Shown here: piece after piece, positions 48,011 to 61,038 of the stretch
Numbering within the stretch: position 1 is the stretch's first letter
Layout: each line of letters opens with the position of its first letter
Source: Epiperipatus broadwayi
Lineage: Eukaryota; Animalia; Onychophora
DNA length: 64,000 nucleotides
Assembly: GCA_028023455.1 (NCBI GenBank)
Contig: JAQFVV010000009.1
Location: 5,704,001 to 5,768,000, forward strand
Direction of reading: 5' to 3'
Made by a program: the position numbers and the translations under genes
The notes under the pieces: model-generated
The model's input: only the letters and a program-made list of their open reading frames with translations
Databases searched by the model: none
What the model was told of the DNA's origin: nothing

Positions 48011-50163
48011 AATAAGAAATCAACCACTTCTTATTGTGTATCTAAGATTATATATGGAAAAATTGATTTGAAATTTTTCATATTGGAATTGTATGGAACA
48101 TGGGGTGAAATTGGAGATGGAAAAAACATCATAATCATTACTGTTCACAAATATAAAAGGAATAAGCATGTGATTCAGCATGAGAATGAAATAAGTATTT
48201 GTAATATGATACTAGTACTAATAAGCTATAATATTAGTATTAATACTAATAATAATCAGTCAGTAACAGTTAAATCAGGAATCAACAATAATCAACAGCC
48301 AACCTTGATTGGATCTAAAACAGGTACATTATAAATGGCTTAATTATCTAGCCACTGACACACTTAGGGCAAGATATGCAATCATTATTTAGATGCACAT
48401 ACTTAAGTGCTAATACATCACTCATAATAATAAAAAATAATGCTGGTACTCTGATATTATGCTAATCATTATCAATGCTCTGACCTATGGTTCATGGATG
48501 TATCAACCAATTATATTTGTAATAAAACAACAAAATACAGTGAATGGGCTTTAAAGATGATACTTTTGCACTATCCAGAAAACTAACTGGATGTCCAAAC
48601 ATAAATCATACATCCATATAACTAATTATTATGCTCTCTAGAGCTAGTTCAAGACCATAAGACTCTAGAAACTGTCACTATGAACAAAAGGTAAATAAAT
48701 ATAACAGCTTATTCTGCTTTATTTTAAATTATTTATAAATTTCTTCTACTATAATTAAATAGCTTTACTGGGATAATTTAAAAACACTAAGCTGTAATAA
48801 AATCAAGTCACACACACTGTCAATTCATAGAACAGATAGCTGATGGAATAAAGACATTAACATGAACATTTTTTAAAACAATAATTTAATAAACTAACTC
48901 ATTAATAATTAAAAAATGACATGAAAATATGTTAATTCAAGTTTATACATTTTATTAAAATATTTAAATATAATTAAATTGATTTGCTATTTAATTTTTC
49001 ATTAATGTAATTATTTTTAATTCATCATTTCCTGATAAATGACAAAAATGGGAAAACATTTTTTTCCATAATCAGAGATAAAAATCTTTAAGTCAATTTT
49101 AAAAAAAATGTTAAATTTTAAAAGAAAAATCAAATAGATTTAAAAAAACATGTTTCAATTGAAAAAAATACTAATAAAATTATTAACTAATATTTAAAAA
49201 CTCCTTTATAAATTGAAATGTAATTTGCATATTGAAGAAAATATTTTTAAGCATGGTTTTATTTTCTTTTTGTATTCTTTGACACTTTTCCATGTGGGTT
49301 TTCTTTTTGAAGGCTTCTTAATTCCAGGCTAATGTTCATAGTTAATTTTCTCCATTTTTGCAGTAGAATATTTTCAGGTTTCACGGGCTAAATTTATTCA
49401 TTTTGCAATCTTATAATTTTCCAAGACTTCTACTCACATAAAATAGAGACATTCATGCTCTTGGATGAAGGTGTTTGTTACAGATTCCTTTGGGGTATTT
49501 CTCTTTCACATTTTCCCAGTGAAACAGGTTACATGGAGATAGATGATACTTAGCTTCTTGCTAAGGCTTGGTACCTATTCTTTAAATCCATTTTAGAAAA
49601 CATTTTTCTAAACTAGTAGAGTGCTCTTCACAGCTGAATTTTTATTTTTTTTCTTTAGTAATTAAGTCAGAAATGACTTACTCTCAACTGCTTGCTTAAA
49701 AATTTTTGTCCTCTTCAACAATTTGGTTACGACTGACTTCTGCTTATAAAAAACAAGTCTAATGATTTATCCACACCTCTATTTTTGGAACAAACCTATC
49801 TCCCACCAATCACAATCCTGTATTCTAGATGACAAAATTTACTACTAACCAATTAGGTCTATTTTTACAAAAAAAAATGTTATTTCCTTTTTTTTTAAAT
49901 TACAAAACAAGTCAAAAAAAACTCTGCACTTATTTTTCTTTCATGCCAAAAGAAAAACAAGATGATCAATTAATTATACTGACCTGATAAACACTGCCTA
50001 TTGTTTTGAAGAGAGATAAGGAGTAAAACCCACAACTCTGATTAATTAAAGTAAAATTTTAGCAAAAATATTAAAATCTTATTTATATATATTCTCTTTT
50101 AAAAAAAAATTACCAAACAAGTTTACCTACTTTATCTCTTAAAAAGCTGAAATTAGAATTGTT

Positions 50164-51523
50164 GGTACTGTTCTATTAGCCAATGTCAGCCACTTGATGG
50201 CATTGTTGCTATGCAAAAATACAGAAATATAATGTTACTCGGCTGCCGGCAGAAAAAAATAATTTTTCTTTTCCTTTTAACAAAATTAAAACAAATAATA
50301 TTTAAGAAATAAATACTAAATTATTAAATAAATAAATAAATTGCAAAAAAAAATGTAATAAATAACCTCGATCTGTTTATTGATTGGAAACAATTATCAC
50401 ATTTTTTCCAACAATCATATGGGCTGAATCGATCAATCAACTTGCAAACAACAACAGTCAGTTTAACACAGTGAATCCATGCCAAAAAAATTATTCTATT
50501 TTCTGGTCAGACTCATCTCCACTAAGATGGCCTGGAACATGTCTTCAGCCTTGTGAAGATGTCACCGCCATATGAACTTGCACAGGTTGTTGTTCATGAA
50601 TTGCTTGGCTGTTCCACACTGCTTTTTTGTTGCACCACTTGAGTGAGCCCCAGGGCACCTGCAGTACGGGTCTACAAAAGTTGCAGTGGTAGTTGATGGT
50701 CATGTGCTAGAAACCTGTATACTCAGGTTTTGTAGCCCTTCCAGCAGTCAGAACAACTAGTCAATCTGGGCTTTGCATTCTTGTGTATGGTTTGCATAAG
50801 GGTGGTCACAGAGTGTGACAGAATGGCTGCAGCAAAGCATTCTCTGGTCTCCTGACACAGTCCAAAATTAAAATGCAGTCCAGTAATTAAAGCATTATCA
50901 CTAAACTTAATCTCCAACTCTTTAACCAGCCTTGTGTGTGTCCTCAGAAGATCCACTGTGCCACCATACTGGCTTCTGTGGATGGCAGTTGCCACAATTT
51001 GAAACTGTCTGTTGTCAAGTCAGCCATTTTATTTGTCATGGATGTGTTCTCACACAATCATGACTTTGTGTGAGCTGGTCGAAATTCTGCTTGGCTATAT
51101 TCTTTCTGAATTTTTTGAAGGTTCCACATTGAGTAGGGAAGCATGATGATGGGGTTGCAATTGTTAGGAAGTAATAGTAGGTCAGGTGAGTTGTAAGCTA
51201 ATTACTTTGACATGCATATTTAAAGTGTTGTAGCAGGCTGAAGTTCAGACACCCTCACATGATACTATAGTGAACTTTGAACTGTGAGCATTGGGATAAA
51301 GTGTGTAACCCAAAGCAACAAGCTGGCTGCCAAAACGGCATCTTTCTGTGCTTTTAGCATAGAAATACTGCCAGCAACACTAGCAGTTGTGTTGAACAGC
51401 CTCTTCCTGTGCTTTTGCATAGAAATAAGGCCATTGGCAGTGGCTGTGTAAATGGCATATTTCTGTGCTTTTACATAGAAATAATGCCATCAAGCAGCTG
51501 GTACTGGCTAATAGAACAGTACC
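50164..51523 (-). mobile_element. Merlin (IS1016/IS1595-related) DNA transposon, 1360 bp, decayed transposase
   Basis: TIRs of ~65 bp begin GGTACTGTTCTATTAGCCA at both ends. Flanks GAATTGTT (50156-50163) and GAATTGCT (51524-51531) form an 8-bp TSD with 1 mismatch. Three ~58-bp-spaced subterminal repeats (TTCTGTGCTTTT.CATAGAAATA) lie at ~51344-51483. Confidence 0.9.
50500..50995 (-). pseudogene. Merlin/ISXO2-like DDE transposase fragments
   Basis: FGLCQETRECFAAAI..SVTTLMQTI..SDCWKGY, then HMTIN..NFVDP and LCKFIWR..DMFQAIL in other frames. Confidence 0.85.
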
Positions 51524-53945
51524 GAATTGCTAAATAATTTACTGAAGAGACAATTATTTCCTCTCGGTACATTTTTCAAAAATTAATATTGGTAAATAGT
51601 TCAAATTAGTGAAGAAAGAGAACAAAAAAAATTATCTGATTTTATATTTCTTTTTTTTTACAAACATTTACAAATTATTATACATTTTAAATATTCACAG
51701 TATTATTTAAAGAAAATTATCTAGAATTTTCATATCATGTGGTGAAGAAATTAAATATTATTTTCCCATTAATTAAATACAAATTGTGCATCCAAAATTA
51801 TAGCTGAATTTTTTTTTAATCATAACAGATAAGTGAATATTAAATCACCAAGATATTTAAAATAAATTAATTTGAATTTTTTCATATATAATCTTGGATG
51901 CATAGTAAGAAGTGGCTGTTTTCTTACTATAATAATTTAATTAAATTATGATGGCAAGAAGGTACTTGGACAGTGTTTGATGTCATCACTTTGACTATTA
52001 TACATAATTGGTATTGTAATTATCATTATATATATATATATAAATGCTAAATTATTGTTATACATGTTAAAATATTTGCAAGTAGAACAATGTTATTTTT
52101 TCTATTATAATAGTTTTATTAAGTAATATTGGATATTAAATCAATTTCCAGAAATCAATTTTAGTGATTGCTGGATGATTAGCTGGATAGTAATTGATTT
52201 CCAGGATATTATAATTAATTTAAAGATGGTCTAGCATACAGAAATATAACTAAATACCAGAATATAGCTTGCTTGAGTTATTGAACTAAGATGAGGTAAA
52301 GAAAAGTAGTATTGATTGTGAGTTTATATTACTATTTATAGCAGAGACATAGGTCTCAGAAGAAATGAAAGAAAATGCTAATTGGTCTGTTCTTAGTTAA
52401 GACATGATTGATTTCAAGTATTTATTCAAGCTACCTGATTGGTTAGTCATAGATTATATATTGTCAAATTACAACATACCTTTTTTCTAAAATAAACTTT
52501 TTATACTAAATTCTAAAAGTAGACTAAAAGATCAATATTTGATAAATGTAGATGTGTTTGTGATTCGTGAGTGGATTTGTATAATCATTGCAAAACTCAT
52601 ATCTATGATATTATTATTTAAATTCTTTTTATTTTTGTTTTTTGAATTAAGGTAATGATATCAATTTGTAAATGACTGCTGCTGCTGTTGACGATGATGA
52701 TGAGTTAATTATCTGGTTTTTATTATTGGATTTTTAAAGATTCACTGCTGATTTCTTGACTGATTTTTACATTGATGGTAGGATTGTTTTCTTTGTTATT
52801 GACACGATTGTTTTACTTAAATGACTCTTGGATTTTTTTTTGTTAAAATTTAGATTGATATAATCACATACGTTATGAATGTGTAAATTAATTGGTTTTT
52901 ATAACACAAGGGTGAGGAGTGCTCTTTCAGAACAGTGATCTTTTTTGACTTTGTTTGATTGTAGTGATAATAACAGCTTATTTGATACTATCAATTTGCA
53001 AGTGGTACATGATTTTTGTACTTACAGCAAATTTTGTCGTTTGCATTATGATCTGTGGTGTTGACTTAGCTTTTTTGATTCAATTTAATAATTGATAGAT
53101 TTATTCTTAAATCATTTGTTCCTAACATTTCAGCTGTGTTTTACCAATGGCATCATTAAGATTTATATTCTTAGCTAGTAGAAACTATTTAGACAGATAT
53201 CTACTTGAAATAATTTTACTGACTTTTTTATTTCCTTTACTATTATTTCAACTTATCATTTATTTTCAGAAAACAGGATTGTATAAAGATCTGATCATTA
53301 TTATTATTTGATCAGAAGTTTGTTTCATTTATCTGAAATAATCATTTAGAAATGTCTAAAAAAAACAAACTTTTTCAAAGTTTCAGTGGAAGCAGTGATG
53401 AAAAAATTGGATGTCAGTCACCTCATAAATACTAAAAAATATGTCAAACCAAGGACCATGTAATCAGTGTGAAGTTTTTAGGATAGTGTCTGATTTTTTT
53501 TTATAGCAGGCTTTATATAATTAGGGACTAATATATATATAAACAACTGGCAACAATTAAAATTACAAAGGAATATGAGCCTTACTAAATCTTTTGTTAC
53601 ATTTAAGAGTCTGAGTCAAAATCTAATTAGGTAAAGGAATACTATTTATTTACTTATCTCATTTAATTTACCAGGATTTTTTTTCTGTGATATGTATATA
53701 TCAAAATTACTCCAAATTCTCAACTCAAACAGATTAGCCAAAAAATATAAACTCTCAAACAAATGTACATTTTGAATAGATTTTTGAAAGAAAAGTTTAA
53801 TAAATTTATTTATGGATATAAAAGGAATAGGTATTATTTAAATAAGAGGAAAGATTTTAATTATTCAATTTTAAATTTTTTTCTTAAAGCAGTTTAGAAT
53901 AAATACGTCAATTTTTTTTGGTACCAAATATGAAAGAAAATTAAA

Positions 53946-54885
53946 ATGGTTTGTGATAGGGTAGTTGAGAGTAATGTTTCTATTAATAAAGTTGTTGATC
54001 TTTCTGATATTAAGTTAAATGATAGAGAATTAGAAATTCTTGATAAAAATTCTCATTTTCCTTTTCATTCAAAAAATATAGTTTTTGATACAATTTTATC
54101 TATTGAATCTAATAATTTGAATTATGAGCAAAAAATTGGCATTCAATTGGTTTTAAACAAAATCCTTAAAAAAGAAAAAAAAAATATTATTAGTCTGCTT
54201 GAGGTTAGACATTTTAAGAATAGGTTAATTACTAATGATATGATCATTTTGTCATTATGAAAAGAAATGAGTTTAGGGAGAAAATAGGTAAGGAATTAAA
54301 TCATGGTAAATAGTGTTATTAAAAGGAGGTTAATAGATATTATGGAAAAAATGGTAAATTTAAAATTCTTCAATTAAGTAAACCCTAACCCTTCATATCA
54401 GCTAAGATATTTATGAATATTAAGATTCACAAAGATAGTTTTCCTTTAAGATTTATTTTTGACTTTACAGGTGGTGTTGTGGAAGATATTTCTAATTTCT
54501 TGAATAATTTTTTAAAACAATTTGTTGGTTTTGATCACTACACAATTTCTTCTTTTTTTTTGATGCTTTTGATAAGATTAATAATTATAAAATAGAAAGC
54601 AATTGGATATTTGTCATTTGGATACTGAGAATATGTATCAATTTCTTAATAGATTAAGCAGTATTGATGTTCTTATGTCTGTGTTGGTTAAACACTGTTG
54701 GTTAAACATGGATCTTTGACAAAGAGTAAGATTAAAGTTATTAAATGTTTTTATTATTAGAAGATTATATATATTTTACTTATAATGGTAATTTTTATAA
54801 GATTAAGGTAGGGTGGATAATAGGTTATATTATTTCTCCTTTAATTTGTTCAGTTTATATTAATTATTTGGAAGAGGAAAGTATT
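53946..54885 (+). pseudogene. Heavily decayed Penelope-like reverse transcriptase
   Basis: VVDLSDIKLNDRELEILDK, KIHKDSFPLRFI, DTENMY, YNGNFYK..G..ISPL..YINYLEE. Confidence 0.8.
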
Positions 54886-55484
54886 TATTTGTAGTTCTGT
54901 ACACGTAAGAAATCTGTTTGCAGCAGTGAAACCAATCATTGGTTGTGTTTTAGAGTTTATATTTTTTGGCTAGATTGTTTGAGTTGTGAATTTGGGATAA
55001 TTTTGATTATTTTATTGATGTTTAGCTTTAGGCTTTTAATGTTTATATATATAGAAATGGTATGATTAATTGAAGTGTCTTTCAGGCTCATTTATTGAGC
55101 AATCAAATATGTGACAATAAGAAAATAAGTTAAAGAAGTGTGTACTGACTGCCAGTGCTAATAATGATTCATAATGATGATCATATTGATCAGGTTTTAT
55201 TTTGGAACACTAAATCTGTGCCAATAAAAAAAGTAACTTTGAATATGTATATATGTATAGCAGGGGTGGTCAAGACATTGACCATGTAATTGTTTTTTTT
55301 TGTAAAAATTTGCATCTAATTTGTTTTAATACCGTTCTAAAACAATAATTTTCCTTTTTTTCTTGAATTTTTTTTAAAATTCAGGCCCAGCTCTAGAAAA
55401 TAATTATTTATAGGTAATTTAAAAGTGTAATTTAATATTGATATGAAATAAGCAAACAGTTTACACTTTGTGGCTAATTGTTCT

Positions 55485-55864
55485 AAATCAAAATATATAA
55501 AATGTGCTAACACGCACAAGCACACAAAGCTAAAAACAAATAAAGAAAAGAGTGACACAATCTTAAAAGAAAGATAAAAGAGGCTTACTTTATCTCTAGA
55601 GATGGCAACGCCATAAATAGAAAAGACTCTTGCTACAAAATATCCAAGAAATGGAATGCATAATCATTTCATTTGCATAAATTTACATCGCTCCTAATCA
55701 ATTTCTTATATTTTTACAAAATGGCTATGAATATGAGGGCTTTGACCCTTGAAAGTGCTTAGCCATTTGATTAAATATATATATTAAAATAAAATAATAT
55801 ATACTTTTCTTTATTTGTTTTTTAACTTTGTGTGCGTGTTAGCACATTTTATATATTTTGATTT
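55485..55864. mobile_element. Element with ~63-bp terminal inverted repeats and an internal hammerhead motif (family F)
   Basis: 55485-55550 and 55804-55864 are reverse complements (aaatcaaaatatataaaatgtgctaacacgcaca..aaaaacaaataaagaaaag). Confidence 0.75.
55719..55768 (+). ncRNA. Decayed minimal hammerhead motif (family F; inferred palindrome AGCGCU)
   Basis: AAAUGGCU-AUGAAUA-U-GAGGG-CUUUGA-CCCUU-GAA-AGUGCU-U-AGCCAUUU. Stem I is 8 perfect bp and stem II is 5 bp. The core has two substitutions relative to CUGAAGA. Confidence 0.6.
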
Positions 55865-57351
55865 AAAAGTGATATGAACAAATTGTCATATTATAGAGGG
55901 AGCTGAGATAATTTAACCTTTTGTCTCACAAATTTTCTTATTGGCCATATTGAGTAAAATTTTGAGTGATTTGTTTCATTAAATATGGATCTAGCCCATT
56001 TTCTTTCAGAATGTACAATAATCAGAAATGTTTTAATTTAGCTTTTAAAACTTGAATTATTTTACATTCAAATTAGTTAAATGTAATGAAAAATTTAAAA
56101 TAATGTTAATAACTGAAAAAAAATATAAGAAAAACATATGAAAAATAGTCTGCAGTAAAATAAAAAAATTATATTTCAACCAATCATTACGTGAAAATGC
56201 CGGTGAGTTCCTTTGTCTTACAATTACAATCGCTGACTATTCATTTCTGTTGTCTTTTCTTCAGCTAAAATTAAATATTTTAAATAAAAATCTAAATATA
56301 GCCACATTATTGACCAATATAGTGTAAAAAGTAATCATAAAATTCATAAATATTTATAAAAAATAATTGCGTTTTGCTAGTTATCACCGAATGTCATTGA
56401 TATGCAAATAGCAATCAACATTATTCATTTGTCTTGAATAGTGGTCATGCGCTATTCATTTTCCCTTGATTTATTTTTTTGTGAAATTTAAAAATTTTCA
56501 AATTAAAGTTTGTATTTAGGTAAATTAATGTAAAAACTTAATTAGCAATGTAAAAAATTATGAGAAATATATTTATTTACATTCAAAATCTATTCTGAAA
56601 GCATAAAACATTTTGGTTTGATTTCTGACTTTGACAGTTAGAAATGCCTGGAGAACAATAGCTAAAGTTGACAGTCAGTGCTTTGCAGCACCTTATAAGG
56701 AAAAAGAGATGGGACTATTATAAACAATAGATATCTTGATAAATGCTGTAGTTGTTATAGTCTATATTTTGTGACTTCCATTAGAGAAAGACATGGAAAA
56801 GGCAATTCACTTATTGATAATTCTCTGCTAAATCTATATTTCTAAAATCATATCTGAGCAATTTAAAATATTCATGATGTACTATTTTAAATTTAATTTC
56901 AGCAGATCATAAACTAACCTCCTAAGATTGTTTGCTAAGAAAAGATATAATCATAAATTTAATATTTACACTAAATATTCTTAAATGCAAAGATGGAATA
57001 CAAAAGCAGCATCTTATATTTCTACAAAGGTCTTTTCTAATGGCTTCAGAGTAAAATAAACAAAAGACACAGTCAAGCATTCAGATCACACAGCCATTTT
57101 AGCATAAACAGCTTATTTTAAAACATAAATATCTACAGGTCTTCCCATTTCATTTTAAATAATTTTTAAATAGCATATATAATAAATACATGTGCATGCA
57201 GCCATTTATAAATATTTTGGAACTAAAGTAGTGATAAGAATATTTTCTTGTCGCTGTTCTATTGTCTAATTTGGGTAGAATGAACATTTTATTAGTATCT
57301 TTCTCCCACAACTACATATATATATATATTAAAATGTTTCTTGTATAATAT

Positions 57352-59310
57352 TCATCATCATCAAACATTATCAATCCACTATAAGTTTAATCCATCTTCT
57401 CTAGTCTCTCTTCTCTATATCATGCCTACAAACTTTCTTATTTCATCCCTTAATCTCACATGTGGTTCTTTCTGGGTATTTTAAGATCTATTGGAATCCA
57501 GTTTAATATATCAATTGTCCATCTATTATTGTCTCTTCTAGTAATATGTTCAGCCCAACTCCATTTCAATCTTTTAATCTTTTCAATGATATCAGTAACA
57601 TCTGTTTGTTCTTTTACCAATGTAATGTATTTTTGATCTCTTCCTAACATGCATCTGTCCATACTTCTTTGAGTGCTATGAAGTGTCTGTATTGCTCTTC
57701 TATTAAGTTTTCAAGTTTCAGATCCATGAGTAAGAATTGGTACAACACATTTATTAAAAACCTTTTTGAAACACACCCTTTTAATATTAAGTTATTTCTA
57801 CTTGAAGCATTCCAACCAGGTTTAATTCTATGATTAATTTCATCCCTTATGTTTCCATTTGTAGTAATAATCTGACCCATAGTATTTGTAGTTGTTAACT
57901 TCTTCTAACTCATCATTATCAATCTTTATTTTTTTATTTTAAAAAAATCCATTGAACATTACTTTAGTCTTTCTAGCATTTACTTTTTGTCCTACTTTCT
58001 TACTTTCATCTGATAACTCTTGCAATATTTCTTAACGCTCTGAATCATTATTTGCAAAAGAAGCTACATCATTTGCAAACTCTAAATAACTTAAATAATC
58101 TCCATTTATTTTTATTTCCTTAGCTTCCCATTTTAATCCACAAAATACTTCTTGCAGCACTGCTGTAAAAAGTTTTGGAGATATAGAATCACACTGTCTT
58201 ACACCCTTCTCAATGTTAATCTTTCTAGTATCATATAATCTAATTGTTGCTGTTGCATTATTTCAAATATTCTTCAGAATATAACAATATCCTGGATCTA
58301 TATCTTGATGATCCAATGCTTTAATCACTGGAGAAATGCTTATAGAATCAAATGTCTTTCATAATCTACAAATCCAAAGCATAATGGCAATTCATATTTA
58401 TTGGTCCTTTCTATAATTTCCCTCAATATTTGAATACCATTGTATTAAAACCACTTTTAAATCCAGCTTTGTTCTTTTGGTTGGTTGAAACCTAAAGTTC
58501 TCTGTAGATGAGTTGTAATTATCTTGGTAAACATTTTGTATAAAACTGATAAAAGACTGATAGGTCTGTATTTCTAATATCTTCTTTATCACCTTTCTTA
58601 AATATTAATATTAATACTGCATTCTTCTAATCATCCGGTACATCTTTATCATTTAGACATTTTTTATACAACTTTGTCAAAAAAATTTCTATGTCATTAC
58701 CTACTTCTTTTAAGATATCGATTATAATTCCATCACTATCTGGAGTTTTTTCCTTCTTCATAAATTTAATTGCATATCTCACTTATTTTTTACTCAATTC
58801 AGATTTGTAGGAGGTACTTCTTCTTTATTACTATATAATTCTTGATAGAACTCTTCTACCCATTTCACGATGTCATCTCTTTTTTTAGTAATAGTTCCAT
58901 CTTTTTTTCTTATTGCAGATATATGTTTCCTATCAATACCAAAATGTTGTTTTACACTCTTGAGACTTTTATTCTCTTCTATAGCTTTCCCTTCCAGTTC
59001 TCAATTGTACATTCTTATATCATTATCAACTCTTTTTCACACTATTTTACAAAATTCGAGGTATTCATCCTTCTTACTATATCTTTTTTATATATTTTCA
59101 TTTTCCTTCTTTTCTTCATAAATTCTCTAGTCTCAGTACAAAATTTATTAGTTGATTGTTGTTTTTTTCTACCAGCTATCATTATTGCAGTTTTTAAAAA
59201 TGTATCAGTTATTTTCCTATTAATTTCCTTCAAGTCTGAATCATGTTCAAAATCTGCTGATATTAGAAAACGAATTGCAAATTCTAATTTAAATTCATTA
59301 GAATGTTATT
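57352..59310 (-). mobile_element. 5'-truncated, decayed RTE-clade LINE (linker, RT, 3' end with TGA microsatellite tail)
   Basis: EINHRIKPGWNA, MDRCMLG..EQTDVTDIIEKIKRLKWSWAEHITRRDNNRWT..LNWIP; (TGA)n tail at 57352-57363. Confidence 0.9.
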
Positions 59311-60977
59311 GAAGATTAGGAATAGCAACTGCGAATATTGTTTTTCTTAATAATTTTTGTCTCTCTTGTCTTAATATTAAATAAGATTATATATTTAATA
59401 ATAAATAAAACAAAAATGTATATTTTTAAAAAACAAGAAATCTTTTTGTGTATATTTAATAAACATTTGAATAATAAGCTTTTATCATATTCATGCACAT
59501 ATAACAAGCATTTAATGTTATGCATTAAGAAACAAAAATTAAATTTTCAAAGTTTACACACATTTATTTTATTTTAAAGCATTTGTTCCTTTTTTTACAT
59601 TTTTAGATTTCCAATAAGTAACGTTCTGAACAACAGTTCAGTCCTTCCTGCTTCTTGAATAAATGTTTTTTTAGTGATAAAAATATATTTGGATGAGTTT
59701 CCTAAGGTTAGAATGTTTTACCAGCAATTGGAAAATATAAATCATATTTCTTTAAATGTATTGTAAAGAAATCCCATTTCACTGCACTTCATATTTCAAA
59801 AGAAATACTTGGAAGAACATTTTTTTGATAATTTTTCAAGTATCATGAAATGAGGGTTACTACAGGGCAAAGTGATTTCTCACATTTTTGTAGTTGTATT
59901 TTATTTGTTTTTATATATCATAATTTTTAGTATTCTTCAATGCATTTAATTTTTTCTGTTGACTTTAATCCATGGGCTAGCATTTGAAGATTTTGTTATT
60001 AAATAAAATAATGTATTTTATAATGATAAATAAAATATTCAGTTTGGCATAGTCAAATACAAATTGTTGTTTGCAAATAATAAAAAAAATTACCTTTATA
60101 AATACAACAAATATATTAGAACACATTTTCTAATTTGTTCATACAGACATACATGTAAGCATGTACATGGTTTTCATGTAATTACTCTAGAAATTTTTAT
60201 GAAGTAGAAATTTTTAACAATGAATATTAATGTTTTCTTGTTAAGATACAAATAAAAAAGAGTTGAATATTTAAATAGCTGATTGTTTTGTAGTGTGTAA
60301 ATATTAACAAATGACTAATATAAAACATGAATTAATTTAATTCTCTTCCTATTTTTTTATCTTAATTTTTTTATATATATTTATAAAATTAACTCACTCA
60401 TCAAACTTTTACTACATAGTAAAATCTGTGAGACTTCATTCTCTTTTGTAATAAAGTATGCATAAACAAGTATGTGCATTGACAAAAAAAAAAATCATTC
60501 CATATAGATGTTATTTTAGCTAAATGCATTGAGTGGAACATCATAGTCATGACTTTTAATAGCTGCAGGTAAGAGCCATGATTATGGGTATTGTGCTGAA
60601 ATTGTATTTAACTAAAAATAATGTCTATATTCAGTGATAAATTTTTTTTATAAATATATGTACATACTTGTGCACCATTTACTACACAGACATCCATATA
60701 TATTGTAACCTTTTGATTGGTTAACCATGGTAAGAATGGCATATAAAATGTAAATTATGACCCAAAAATTTTAAATTTACAATTTAGATAATAGTAATGA
60801 ACTAAACTTGGGTATAACAGTAATAAATGACTTAATACATAAAGATTAAAGAGAGAAATCTGGAGAGATTTAATAATCATTGCTAATTATAAATAATTAG
60901 TATTATAATCTACTATATAATTTTTAATACAATATTTGTCCATTTAAATAAACATCGTTACTTAGCAGTTTGACTTA

Positions 60978-61038
60978 GATTTATTTTTAATGCAATGTTC
61001 CTTTAAAGATTTATTTTTAATGCAATGTTCCTTTAAAG
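60978..61038. repeat. 30-bp perfect tandem duplication
   Basis: agatttatttttaatgcaatgttcctttaa occurs twice. Confidence 0.9.

Noticed and set aside
52600-53200. A/C-rich minus-strand stretch resembling decayed coding sequence
   Set aside because: No motif could be assigned and there are many stops.
55261-55285. CAGGGGTGGTCAA as a hAT terminal repeat
   Set aside because: No matching right TIR or 8-bp TSD found.
58842-59577. Hydrophobic plus-strand ORFs (156, 83 and 79 aa) as membrane proteins
   Set aside because: Antisense to the K/E/R-rich RTE linker, or simple AT-rich open frames.
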